Shown here piece by piece: positions 21,224-30,816 of a stretch of 64,000 bases of DNA. The DNA is from an uncultured SAR86 cluster bacterium. GTDB lineage: Bacteria; Pseudomonadota; Gammaproteobacteria; Magnimaribacterales; D2472. How positions within the stretch are numbered: position 1 is the stretch's first letter; every line of letters starts with the position of its first letter. The position numbers and the translations under genes are program-made. The stretch lies in assembly GCA_905181595.1 (NCBI GenBank), contig CAJIYI010000001.1:151938-215937 (forward strand), given 5' to 3'. The notes below the pieces were generated by a model. The model did not search any database. It was not told where the DNA came from and worked only from the letters and a program-made list of their open reading frames with translations.

Positions 21224-22447
21224 TTTCTTGGCAACCATTTGCATTTTTCCAGATTCATAGATCATTTTCTTTCTACTTTGAACCTCGCCTTCAATTAAAG
21301 GTTGAAAATATGCTTTGGCTTTATTTGTTAAGCCAAAACCATCCTTACTAATAAAGCTGGCGGGAAGTTTTTTCTCAACATTTGCAATTTTATTCAAGCG
21401 CTCTGATACAACTTGCCATCTGTATGGTGTATTACTTGTTCTTTTAATTATTGGCATTACGCCATTCATTCCCTCAACTGCATACTGAACAGCTTTTTTA
21501 CCCACTTCAAAAGCTTGTTTTCTATCAACTCCTGACGATAGATGGCTGGCACTGCGCTGCAGATAATCTGCAACAGCCCAATGATTTTTAATCTTTAATT
21601 TTTGATTGATTAGTCCGGCAAGCCTTGGCGCTACTCCACCAAGCTGACTGTGACCAAATGCGTCTTTTGAATTAGATTCTGCTAAAAATTTTCCCTTGGC
21701 ATCTTTGATTCCCTCAGATGCAACCACGACACAAAAGCCATTCTCTTTGACAGTTTTCTTAACCTTCGCAAGAAATCTTTGCTGATTAAAAGTGACCTCT
21801 GGCAATAAAATAATATGCGGTGCGCCGGGATGACTATCTTGAGCCAATACACTTGAGCCTGCTATCCACCCAGCATGCCTACCCATCACCTCTAAAACAA
21901 AAACTTTAGTTGAGGTTTCGCACATAGACTCAACATCTAATGCCGCCTCAATAGTGGAAGTTACAACGTACTTAGCAACCGAGCCAAATCCAGGGCAGCA
22001 GTCTGTTACAGCCAAATCGTTATCAACAGTTTTAGGTATAGCAATGCACTGCAAAGGATAGTTAAGCTTCTTACTAATTTGAGATATTTTGAGCGCAGTA
22101 TCAGCTGAGTCATTTCCACCATTATAAAAAAAATAACCGATGTTATGAGCTTTAAAAACCTCTATCAGCCTCAGGTACTCATTCAAGCTTTCATCAATGC
22201 CTTTTAACTTATACCTGCATGAACCAAAAACTCCTCCTGGACGGAATTGAAGATCTTCAATAAATTTTTTTGATTCTTTGGAGGTATCAATCAACTCTTC
22301 TCTTAGCGCTCCAAGGATTCCATTTTTTCCAGCAAATACTTTACCAATTTGAGGATATTTTTTTGCTTCAAGTATTACAGCACTAGCAGAGGCATTAATT
22401 ACAGACGTCACTCCTCCTGATTGAGCATAAAAAGCATTTTTTTTCAT
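21206..22447 (-). CDS. 6-phosphofructokinase, probably PPi-dependent
   Basis: 413-aa PFK fold (SGGVTSVINAS, GGNDS, MGRHAG). It has Lys in IPKTVDND where ATP-PFKs have Gly, which is a PPi-PFK signature. Confidence 0.8.
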   Translation of the reverse strand: MKKNAFYAQSGGVTSVINASASAVILEAKKYPQIGKVFAGKNGILGALREELIDTSKESKKFIEDLQFRPGGVFGSCRYKLKGIDESLNEYLRLIEVFKAHNIGYFFYNGGNDSADTALKISQISKKLNYPLQCIAIPKTVDNDLAVTDCCPGFGSVAKYVVTSTIEAALDVESMCETSTKVFVLEVMGRHAGWIAGSSVLAQDSHPGAPHIILLPEVTFNQQRFLAKVKKTVKENGFCVVVASEGIKDAKGKFLAESNSKDAFGHSQLGGVAPRLAGLINQKLKIKNHWAVADYLQRSASHLSSGVDRKQAFEVGKKAVQYAVEGMNGVMPIIKRTSNTPYRWQVVSERLNKIANVEKKLPASFISKDGFGLTNKAKAYFQPLIEGEVQSRKKMIYESGKMQMVAKKLRPWS

Positions 22448-22507
22448 TAGTTTATAAATTAATTAATTTGGTCTATGGTAACAAATGTTAGCTAAAAATA
22501 TTTAAAT

Positions 22508-23806
22508 ATGAAAATTCATATCCTTGGAATTTGCGGAACCTTCATGGGTGGCTTGGCGCAAATTCTTGCAGAAAAAGGACATCAGGTATCGGGATCGGAT
22601 CATCAGTTTTATCCTCCGATGTCTGGTCAATTAGAGGCTTTGGGAGTTGAGATGATTCAGGGCTATGACACAGTCAATCTACCAGATGCCGATCTATTTG
22701 TTATTGGCAATGCTTTAAGTAGAGGCAACTCTAGCGTTGAGCACATCTTAAATGCAAAACTTCCCTTTACTTCAGGCCCTCAGATGTTGGGAGAAATGAT
22801 TAAAGATAAAACGGTTATTGCAGTTGCTGGAACTCATGGTAAAACTTCTACTGCATTCATGCTGTGTGAAATTTTTCAGCACCAAGATATGGATATTGGT
22901 TATTTGGTTGGAGGTGTAAGTCAGTCTCTTGAATTATCAGCACGCCTTGGAAGCACTAATCTTTTTGTGATTGAGGCCGATGAATATGACTCAGCTTTTT
23001 TTGATAAGCGCTCAAAATTTATTCACTATCATCCCGATACTTTTATTATCAATAATATTGAATTTGATCATGCAGACATATTTTCTGATTTATCAGATAT
23101 CTTGAAACAATTTCATCATGCTGTAAGAACCGTTCCCGGAGAAGGCAATATTTTAATTCATGCTGATGGAGATAACATTTCGGAACTATTGGAAATGGGC
23201 TGTTGGTCTAATACTCATCAGATTGGAACTAAAGAGACTATAGAGCTGGATCTAACAAATAAAATGCTGAATTTTAAAGAGGAGACATTTAACTTAGAGT
23301 CTCTTCCATTTTATGGCACTCACAATTATCAAAATGCTCTTATGGCAATCTATGCAGCTTTCTTAAATGGAGTCCAGCCTAAAGATTCTTTTGCCGCGTT
23401 GCAAAATTTTCAAGGCGTTAAGCGAAGATTTGAAAAGATATATGAAGATCACAACATTACAATTATTGATGACTTTGCCCATCATCCAACAGCCATAGCA
23501 TCTACTATAGCTGCTGCTCAAGATCATTTTGATGGGAATATTTTAGGTATTATAGAGCTAGGTTCTAATACTATGTCAGGCGGCTTCCATGGGACTAATT
23601 TGCATAAAAGCGCAAACTCACTGGATGGAACTTTTTGGCTCAACCTTTCAGGCTCAGAAGGGGAAGGCCATGAATTTACCTCTGTAAATGCTTTGCTGAA
23701 TAATTTAAAAGATACTCTAGATGGCTTTGATGTTATCCTCATAATGAGCAATAAAGACAGTAAAAAAATATCGGAACCCCTCATTGAACTCATCAAAAAA
23801 AAATAA
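22508..23806 (+). CDS. mpl: UDP-N-acetylmuramate:L-alanyl-gamma-D-glutamyl-meso-DAP ligase
   Basis: N-terminus MKIHILGICGTFMGGLA... and AGTHGKTST are near-collinear with E. coli Mpl. 432 aa. Confidence 0.9.
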   Translation: MKIHILGICGTFMGGLAQILAEKGHQVSGSDHQFYPPMSGQLEALGVEMIQGYDTVNLPDADLFVIGNALSRGNSSVEHILNAKLPFTSGPQMLGEMIKDKTVIAVAGTHGKTSTAFMLCEIFQHQDMDIGYLVGGVSQSLELSARLGSTNLFVIEADEYDSAFFDKRSKFIHYHPDTFIINNIEFDHADIFSDLSDILKQFHHAVRTVPGEGNILIHADGDNISELLEMGCWSNTHQIGTKETIELDLTNKMLNFKEETFNLESLPFYGTHNYQNALMAIYAAFLNGVQPKDSFAALQNFQGVKRRFEKIYEDHNITIIDDFAHHPTAIASTIAAAQDHFDGNILGIIELGSNTMSGGFHGTNLHKSANSLDGTFWLNLSGSEGEGHEFTSVNALLNNLKDTLDGFDVILIMSNKDSKKISEPLIELIKKK

Positions 23807-24383
23807 TTTTCCAGTTTTCCCTATTGGAATAGTTGTCCTTCCCGGCACTATTCAGTCATTACAAATTTTTGAACCAAGATACCTGTCCATGGTGAAAGAT
23901 TGCATGAGCTCTGGCTCAGGTTTTGTGATTACTCTAAGCAATAACAATGATTCTGGAGAAAGTTTTATGTCGCAAGGCACTTTTGTTGAGATTATTGATT
24001 TCAATCAACTCCCAAATGGATTGCTGGGAATAACTGTAAAGGGATCGCAGAAGGTTTCCATTAAATCTGTTGAGCAAACTGAAACAGGGTTGCATTTCGC
24101 TGCGATCGCTCCTATTTCTGAGCCAACTGTTGATGATCAGGCTGTATTAGCTCAATTTCCTGATCTTTTGAATGTTTTAAGTCAGCTCAAAGAGCATCCA
24201 TCAGTAAAATCTTTGCCATTGGACATTGATTTACTGTCTGCAGAGTCTGTCAGTTATCATTTGGCTGGTTTAATTCCCTTGTCAGCAGAGCAAAAACAAA
24301 ATGTTCTCGAGGCATTTGATGCAACGCAGAGGATGAATATCTTGGCTAAATTAGTTAACCAGATCTCAGAAAATTCTACTTAG
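23784..24383 (+). CDS. LON N-terminal (substrate-binding) domain protein
   Basis: 199 aa. FPVFPIGIVVLPGTIQSLQIFEPRYLSMV matches the Lon N-domain start. No ATPase or protease domains. Confidence 0.7.
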   Translation: MNSSKKNNFPVFPIGIVVLPGTIQSLQIFEPRYLSMVKDCMSSGSGFVITLSNNNDSGESFMSQGTFVEIIDFNQLPNGLLGITVKGSQKVSIKSVEQTETGLHFAAIAPISEPTVDDQAVLAQFPDLLNVLSQLKEHPSVKSLPLDIDLLSAESVSYHLAGLIPLSAEQKQNVLEAFDATQRMNILAKLVNQISENST

Positions 24384-25387
24384 ATTTTTAGCAGCTGCTT
24401 GCCCTTATTTTCACCAGTAAAAAGTCTGTTAAGTGTTTGAGGGCAGTTTTCAATTCCTTCTTGAACATCCTCCCTGTGCTTCAGTTTTCCTTCCATGACC
24501 CAGGTAGCAATTTCTTCCAATGCCTTTTGTGATTGAGGAATATAATCAAGCACCAGAAATCCTTGCATAGTTGCCCTTTTAATAATTAGAGAGAATAGGT
24601 TTCTTGGTCCAGCCGGTAATCGATTAGCATCATATCCGGAGGATATCCCTCCACATAAAAGAATTCTTGCATTGATATTAATGCAAAATAATACAGTTTC
24701 AAGAATATCTCCACCGACATTATCAAAGTAAATATCGATACCATTTTTTGCTAATTTAGGTAGCTCTTCTGCAACATTAGAATTTTTGTAGTCTATGACA
24801 TCATCCACACCAAGCTCTTTTAACCAAGCACACTTTTCTGCTCCACCAGCAATCCCTATAACATGACAACCTTTAAATTTAGCAATCTGAACGGCAACTG
24901 ATCCAGTTGCCCCTGCCGCTCCAGATACTAAGACAGTTTCGCCTGGCTGAGGATTGCCCAGCTCAACTAGCCCATAATATGCAGTAATTCCAGTAGTACC
25001 CATTACATTCAGCATGGTAGGAATTGGTAAAATATCAGGAATGACTCTGAATCTTTCATCGCCTGTAGGCTTTGTAATGCAGTGACTTTGCCAACCCACA
25101 AATCCAAAAGCTAGGTCACCAACCTTGTATTCTGGATTATTTGATTCAAGAACTCTGCCCATGCCACCGGATCTAACTACTTCACCTATTTGAACAGGTG
25201 GTAGGTACCCTGGCATATCATTTAACCATGTTCTTTGTGTTGGATCGAAGGAGAGAAATAGATTCTCTATTAAGATTTCATCTTCTTGAATCTCTGGCAT
25301 TATTTCAGTGATCAATTCAAAATCTGAATCTTTTACCAAGCCTTCCGGCCTATTTCTTAAAACCCATTTAGTATTTTTGATTGTCAT
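24380..25387 (-). CDS. NADP-dependent medium-chain oxidoreductase (YncB/CurA / alkenal reductase-like)
   Basis: Start at internal ATG 25387 (MTIKNTKWVLRNRPEG). Nucleotide-binding GAAGATGS. Family-typical N-terminus and C-terminal GENKGKQLLKI. Confidence 0.85.
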   Translation of the reverse strand: MTIKNTKWVLRNRPEGLVKDSDFELITEIMPEIQEDEILIENLFLSFDPTQRTWLNDMPGYLPPVQIGEVVRSGGMGRVLESNNPEYKVGDLAFGFVGWQSHCITKPTGDERFRVIPDILPIPTMLNVMGTTGITAYYGLVELGNPQPGETVLVSGAAGATGSVAVQIAKFKGCHVIGIAGGAEKCAWLKELGVDDVIDYKNSNVAEELPKLAKNGIDIYFDNVGGDILETVLFCININARILLCGGISSGYDANRLPAGPRNLFSLIIKRATMQGFLVLDYIPQSQKALEEIATWVMEGKLKHREDVQEGIENCPQTLNRLFTGENKGKQLLKI

Positions 25388-25459
25388 ATTTTTCTCTGGC
25401 GTGCTTTGTTGTTGCAACAATCTTATCAGCAAATAAAGTAAATGTTACAGCTTGGATTT

Positions 25460-25900
25460 TTAATATTTTTTGAAAGGATGCTGCAGATATGATTTTTTTG
25501 ACTTTGCTCTAAACCAATTTAGGCCTCTAAAAACAGAGGGGATGGATATAATTTTTTGTTCTAACTTAAACTTCCCAGGATAATCAATTAGCAATATGCC
25601 AATGATCATTGTAAGTATGCCTTGCCCAGGGAGAATCAGAAGCAACAATCCACTAATCAGCATCACGATCCCAATAACATTCTTTACAATTATTATCACC
25701 ACCCTTGTCTCAGATGAATATTTATCCCAGTTATCAGCTTGCCTTTTTTCATGAATAAAATAGTCTTCAGGAATCTGCGATATAAACCAACCCAACCCAA
25801 TAATACTGAATATCAAAATTAATATGGATAAACCCCCTATGCCAATTAATATTGATGAATAGCTCGCCAGCCATTCAGTCATGAAGTTCAAATAATCCAT
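25460..25900 (-). CDS. small membrane protein (PGPGW-like)
   Basis: 146 aa with hydrophobic helices and LILPGQGILTMIIGILLIDYPGK. Family recalled from memory. Confidence 0.45.
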   Translation of the reverse strand: MDYLNFMTEWLASYSSILIGIGGLSILILIFSIIGLGWFISQIPEDYFIHEKRQADNWDKYSSETRVVIIIVKNVIGIVMLISGLLLLILPGQGILTMIIGILLIDYPGKFKLEQKIISIPSVFRGLNWFRAKSKKSYLQHPFKKY

Positions 25901-26061
25901 TTATATATCTTAAACAAAGACTTACAGAAATAATGCAAAACCTTCTTTTTAATTAATAATAGATTTATTAGCCTAAGTTCGATATTCTGAAGGCTGATAC
26001 TAGAATAAGAAATTACAAGTTTCTTTAACAAATCCTAATTACCTGTAAATAGCACTATTTT

Positions 26062-26400
26062 ATGAAATTACCTGAATTAAAATCGATTTGTCTCGACACT
26101 CTTGATGACATGAAGGCGAAGGATATTGTATCTCTGGATATTAGGGATATCTCTAACTTTGCAGATTGGTTTATTATTGCCACAGCCTCATCTTCTAGAA
26201 ATGCAAAAGCTATCTCGAATAAGATTATTGAGGAAGTAAAACTTAATAAGCTGCATGTTATTGGGGTGGAAGGCCAAGAAGATTCTGAGTGGGTTTTGAT
26301 AGATTGTGGCGATGTTGTCATCAATGTAATGCAGCAAGAAGCTCGAGAGTTTTATGATTTAGAAAGCTTATGGGGTGAAGCAACACTAATCTCAGCTTAA
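26062..26400 (+). CDS. rsfS: ribosomal silencing factor RsfS
   Basis: 112 aa, iojap/YbeB-like (ADWFIIATASSSRNAKAI). Conserved position upstream of rlmH. Confidence 0.9.
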   Translation: MKLPELKSICLDTLDDMKAKDIVSLDIRDISNFADWFIIATASSSRNAKAISNKIIEEVKLNKLHVIGVEGQEDSEWVLIDCGDVVINVMQQEAREFYDLESLWGEATLISA

Positions 26401-26864
26401 TGAAATGTAAGATTATCAGCGTGTCCCATAAACCAGCTGATTGGGAAAAAAAAGCCTTAGATTTTTATTTAAAACAGATACCAAATAACTTTAAGTTATC
26501 TTTTGTTGAAGTTAAGCCGCCTGCTTCAAAGGCAATGTCTAGAGAAGATACTATTCGCAATGAATCAACTGAACTCCTTAAGCACCTAGAGCAGGGCGCC
26601 TTTAAAATTCTATGGGATAGAAAAGGAACTTTAATTTCTAGCGAATCATTGGCAAAACTCTTTCAAGAAAAAATAGATCTTTCAGAGAATATTAATATGA
26701 TTATTGGAGGGTCTTATGGCATATCTGAAGAGCTATTGGCACAAGCAGATTTAAGTTTATCGGCTTCTCACCTAACCTTTCCTCACAGACTATTTAAAAT
26801 TTTATTGATGGAGCAAATATACAGAGCCAGTGCAATAAATCGTAACCACCCTTATCATAAGTAA
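26400..26864 (+). CDS. rlmH: 23S rRNA (pseudouridine1915-N3)-methyltransferase
   Basis: 154-aa SPOUT protein (IGGSYGISEE, FPHRLFKILLMEQIYRA). TAATG coupling to both neighbours. Confidence 0.9.
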   Translation: MKCKIISVSHKPADWEKKALDFYLKQIPNNFKLSFVEVKPPASKAMSREDTIRNESTELLKHLEQGAFKILWDRKGTLISSESLAKLFQEKIDLSENINMIIGGSYGISEELLAQADLSLSASHLTFPHRLFKILLMEQIYRASAINRNHPYHK

Positions 26865-28699
26865 TGATATTTGAAGAGCGACAGATTGAGAAAAATAACT
26901 TTTCATCTAGAGCTATCTTTCTTTTCGCCATAGTTGGAGTAAGTTTTTTAGCAGTATTATTCCAAGTTTTTGCTTTGCAGGTTTCTAGCTATACCAGTTA
27001 TGAGCTTGCAGCACTTAATAATAAAAATTATGCGATTCCTATTCAGCCCCTAAGAGGTGAAATTCTTGATAGAAAAGGCCGTGCAATAGTTCGAAATGAG
27101 CCTACCTTTGACCTAATTACACAACCAGATTTAATTACACAACCTGAATTATTTCTTGGGCTTATTAAGCCAGTTATTTATCTCTCAGAGGCCGAAGAGG
27201 ATCGGTACCTAAAAAAATTCAAAGAAAAAGCTTTTGTGAACAAGGAGCTGGTTTTAAAAAAAAATTTAACCCCAGAAGAAATTGCGCGATTTAATGTTCG
27301 CAGCTTTAACTTTGAAAATGCATTTATAGGCAAGCGCCATAGACGCATAAGCGATTATCCTCAAATTTTTGCTCACGTTCTTGGCTATACATCCAGATCA
27401 AATAATCAGCATGACTTATCCATGGAAATCCCACGTAGCCATTGGGTAGATGCTGAATTAACCTATGCAAACGGACTTATTCAAGGAAAAACAGGGCTAG
27501 AGGAAACTTATAATCAGCATCTCTCGGGAACTCATGGAACAAGAGTACATGAAATCAATTCGCGAGGCAGATTAGTAAAAACCTTAGAATACTACCCTCC
27601 TAAAAAAGGATTAGATTTGCATACTCATCTAGATATCAAGGCCCAGATCAGTGCAGCAAATGCTTTGGGAGACAGAAAAGGGGCAGTAGTAGCAATTGAT
27701 CTAAAGTCTGGAGGAATTAACGTTTTATATAGCGCTCCTACTTATTCTGTGAATAAGCTTTCTAATGGAATGTCTGTAGAGGAATTTCAAGATTTGATTA
27801 AAGACCCTGACAAACCATTTTTTAATCGAGCATTGCAGGGTCGATATCCACCTGCCTCTACCATCAAGCCAGCAATTGGAATGTTTGGGCTCACTAATAA
27901 ATTTATTAATTGGAGCGAAGAGATTGATGATCCCGGTTTTTTTACATTACCTGAAAATGGAAGGATTTATCGCGGCTGGAAGAAGGGTGGGCACAATAAC
28001 GTTAATTTAAAAAAAGCATTAATGGTCAGCTCGAACACATATTTTTTTAAGCTTGCTTATCAATCAGATATGAAGGATTTGGCTTCTTACTTCTCATCAT
28101 TGGGATTTGGCAGTTCGGTATGCAGGGATTGTTATGACGAGGATTCAGTATTTGTTCCTTCACCAGAGTGGAAATATAAGAATTTTAATGTTCCATGGTT
28201 TACGGGCGATACAGTGAACATTGGAGTCGGCCAAGGGTATTTAGTAGCAACACCTATGCAATTAGCCAATTATATTTCTATCTTAGCTAACAAGGGCAAT
28301 TTGCCTGAACCTGCATTGGTTAAAGTTGAGAAGCAAAGCCTGGATAGCAATAAGAGCCAGAAGATCAGTCTATCCAATCAAGACTGGGTAAAGATGCATG
28401 ATGCCTTGACTGCCGTCATCGAGAGTGATTTTGGAACTGCCCGAAGCATTAGAAATTTAAAAGATTTTCAGGTTGCTGGAAAATCAGGTACAGCAGAGCT
28501 GGTTAGCCTTGATAGCAAGGAAGCATATTTAGAGGTGAGAGATACAGAATTGCTCAGAGATCACTCTATTATCGTTGCTTTTGGACCAATGCCTAATCCA
28601 CAATATGCAGTATCAGTTGTGATCGAGAATGGTGAAAGCGGAGGTGCTGTTGCAGGTCCAGTTGCCATAGAAGTACTAAAGAGTTTGCTGAATGAGTAA
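26864..28699 (+). CDS. mrdA: penicillin-binding protein 2 (elongasome transpeptidase)
   Basis: 611 aa with an N-terminal TM anchor and motifs PASTIKP (SxxK), VSSNTYF (SxN) and AGKSGTAE (KSG). Confidence 0.9.
   Translation: MIFEERQIEKNNFSSRAIFLFAIVGVSFLAVLFQVFALQVSSYTSYELAALNNKNYAIPIQPLRGEILDRKGRAIVRNEPTFDLITQPDLITQPELFLGLIKPVIYLSEAEEDRYLKKFKEKAFVNKELVLKKNLTPEEIARFNVRSFNFENAFIGKRHRRISDYPQIFAHVLGYTSRSNNQHDLSMEIPRSHWVDAELTYANGLIQGKTGLEETYNQHLSGTHGTRVHEINSRGRLVKTLEYYPPKKGLDLHTHLDIKAQISAANALGDRKGAVVAIDLKSGGINVLYSAPTYSVNKLSNGMSVEEFQDLIKDPDKPFFNRALQGRYPPASTIKPAIGMFGLTNKFINWSEEIDDPGFFTLPENGRIYRGWKKGGHNNVNLKKALMVSSNTYFFKLAYQSDMKDLASYFSSLGFGSSVCRDCYDEDSVFVPSPEWKYKNFNVPWFTGDTVNIGVGQGYLVATPMQLANYISILANKGNLPEPALVKVEKQSLDSNKSQKISLSNQDWVKMHDALTAVIESDFGTARSIRNLKDFQVAGKSGTAELVSLDSKEAYLEVRDTELLRDHSIIVAFGPMPNPQYAVSVVIENGESGGAVAGPVAIEVLKSLLNE
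27110..27145 (+). repeat. in-frame 18-nt tandem duplication inside mrdA (DLITQP x2)
   Basis: GACCTAATTACACAACCA followed by GATTTAATTACACAACCT. There are three differences and all are synonymous. Confidence 0.9.
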
Positions 28700-29780
28700 C
28701 AGGTCAGCAAAAATTTATTTCGATCCTTATTTATTCTTTAGTCTTTTTACGCTCTCTGTGCTTGGATTATTTTTTTTATATTCAGCCTCTAATGCAGACA
28801 CATCGATTGTTTTAAAGCAGTCAGTTTATATTTTTCTTGGGTTTGCAATAATGATTGCCGTCAGCCAGGCAGATCCTGATGTATTTCGCAGGACATCTTT
28901 AGTATTTATAATATTTTCTGTCCTGCTGCTTGGAATAACCTTTTTATTTGGCCCAGAAATTAATGGAGCTCAGCGATGGGTTAGACTTGGACCTTTTTCC
29001 TTTCAATCTTCTGAGCTACTTAAGTTGGCTTTGCCTATATTCCTAGCAAACTTTCTCTTTGATAAAAGACTGCCGATTCAATCAAGGGAGATTGTCATTT
29101 CATTGGCAGTTATTTTTATAGCTTTCATACTTGTTGCGCGACAGCCTGACCTTGGAACGGGATTAATTGTGGCGCTATCAGGTTTATTTGTTTTATTCTT
29201 ATCGGGATTGAGTTGGTCTTTTATGGGAGGAGCGTTTATTGTTTTAATTATTTGCTCCCCATTAATTTGGAATGTTTTATTGCAACCTTTTCAGCAACAA
29301 AGAATCGCCACTTTATTTAATCCTGAATCCGATCCATTTGGAGCAGGCTGGAATATCATTCAGTCAAAAATTGCTATTGGATCCGGAGGAATTTTTGGCA
29401 AAGGTTTTGGAGAAGGATCTCAAACTCAATTAAATTTCTTGCCTGAAACAAAAACTGATTTTATTTTTTCTGTAATTGGTGAAGAATTTGGATTCTTTGG
29501 CGTGGTAATATTGCTGAGCATTTATTTTTTTGTATTAATGAGATGCCTCTATCTTGCACTCAATGCCAGGGATAGGTTTTGCAGGCTTGTCATTGGAGGT
29601 CTAACCCTAACCTTTGCAGCCAATCTAATTATTAATCTATGTATGGTAGTTGGACTTCTTCCTGTGGTAGGTATGCCGTTACCCTTCATCAGCAGAGGGG
29701 GGTCTTCGCTGATATCATTATTTTTTGCTTTTGGCATAATTACCTCAATGGGAACGCATAAAAAATTCTTACCTCAATGA
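28692..29780 (+). CDS. rodA: SEDS peptidoglycan polymerase RodA
   Basis: 362 aa, polytopic. FLPETKTDFIFSVIGEEFGF and PFISRGGSS are SEDS motifs. Overlaps mrdA by 8 nt. Confidence 0.9.
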   Translation: MSNRSAKIYFDPYLFFSLFTLSVLGLFFLYSASNADTSIVLKQSVYIFLGFAIMIAVSQADPDVFRRTSLVFIIFSVLLLGITFLFGPEINGAQRWVRLGPFSFQSSELLKLALPIFLANFLFDKRLPIQSREIVISLAVIFIAFILVARQPDLGTGLIVALSGLFVLFLSGLSWSFMGGAFIVLIICSPLIWNVLLQPFQQQRIATLFNPESDPFGAGWNIIQSKIAIGSGGIFGKGFGEGSQTQLNFLPETKTDFIFSVIGEEFGFFGVVILLSIYFFVLMRCLYLALNARDRFCRLVIGGLTLTFAANLIINLCMVVGLLPVVGMPLPFISRGGSSLISLFFAFGIITSMGTHKKFLPQ

Positions 29781-30805
29781 AATATTCTTTATCTATATTA
29801 ATTCTTTTAGCAAACGTTAGTTTTGCCAACTACTCAAACCATCCTGAGGCAAATGACTTAATTGATTCATTGGTAAATGACCATGATTTTGAAAGAAGCT
29901 ATGTAATTAAAGTTCTTGAGACAGCACAAAAGCAGAATAAGATTCTTGATTCAATGTCATCTCCTGCAGAATTTACATGGACGTGGGATAGGTATAAAAA
30001 ACTATTCTTGGAAGAAAAAAGAATTGCAAATGGAAAACTCTTTCTTGCTGAAAACAATGATCTATTTAATAGAGTTGAGGACGAGTTTGGAGTTCCAAGA
30101 GAAATTATTACATCGATCTTGGGTGTCGAGACAAGATACGGCAAGATCAAAGGCAGTTACAAAGTCTTGGATAGCTTGGCAACACTGGGTTTTGATTTTC
30201 CAAGAAGATCAAAGTTTTTTAAAAGTGAATTAATTCATTTCTTCCAGCTCACCAGGGAAAATAACTTAGATATATATTCAATTCAGGGTTCGTATGCTGG
30301 CGCCATGGGGTATGGACAATTTATTTCTTCAAGTTATCGAGCTTATGCTGTTGATTATGACGGGGATGGATATAGCGATCTCTTTAATTCAGTTCCTGAT
30401 GCTGTGGCCAGTATTGCAAACTACTTAAAAATTCATGGATGGAAAAGAAATGGCAGCGTTGTTCAAGCAGTTAGCCTTAATAACGTTAACAAGCTTTACA
30501 GCCCTAATGAAAGCTCAGATAAATTTATACCCTTGATGTACACAGAAGGAGATACTTATAAATATATGGTTAAAGAGGGAGACACTCTGCTAGGGATAGC
30601 TTTAAACCATGATCTTATGCTCAAAGAGCTAATGGTTTTAAATAATATTAAAGAACAAAACTTGATTCAAGCTGGCCAAGAAATTCTTTTGCGCAAGGAA
30701 AAAGATATTTATTTTATAGGCGATGACAATTTTATTGCGATCACCAAATATAATCGCAGTCATTTTTATGCAAAAGCCGTGTATGATTTATCCTTAGAAT
30801 TCTGA
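29777..30805 (+). CDS. mltB: lytic murein transglycosylase B-like enzyme carrying a LysM module
   Basis: MltB/Slt35 motifs GVETRYG, GAMGYGQFISSSY and AITKYNRSHFYAKAV. A LysM-like segment (YMVKEGDTLLGIALNHDLMLKELMVLNNIKEQNLIQAGQEILL) lies before the final MltB motif. Confidence 0.75.
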   Translation: MKYSLSILILLANVSFANYSNHPEANDLIDSLVNDHDFERSYVIKVLETAQKQNKILDSMSSPAEFTWTWDRYKKLFLEEKRIANGKLFLAENNDLFNRVEDEFGVPREIITSILGVETRYGKIKGSYKVLDSLATLGFDFPRRSKFFKSELIHFFQLTRENNLDIYSIQGSYAGAMGYGQFISSSYRAYAVDYDGDGYSDLFNSVPDAVASIANYLKIHGWKRNGSVVQAVSLNNVNKLYSPNESSDKFIPLMYTEGDTYKYMVKEGDTLLGIALNHDLMLKELMVLNNIKEQNLIQAGQEILLRKEKDIYFIGDDNFIAITKYNRSHFYAKAVYDLSLEF

Positions 30806-30816
30806 GCAAAATATTT

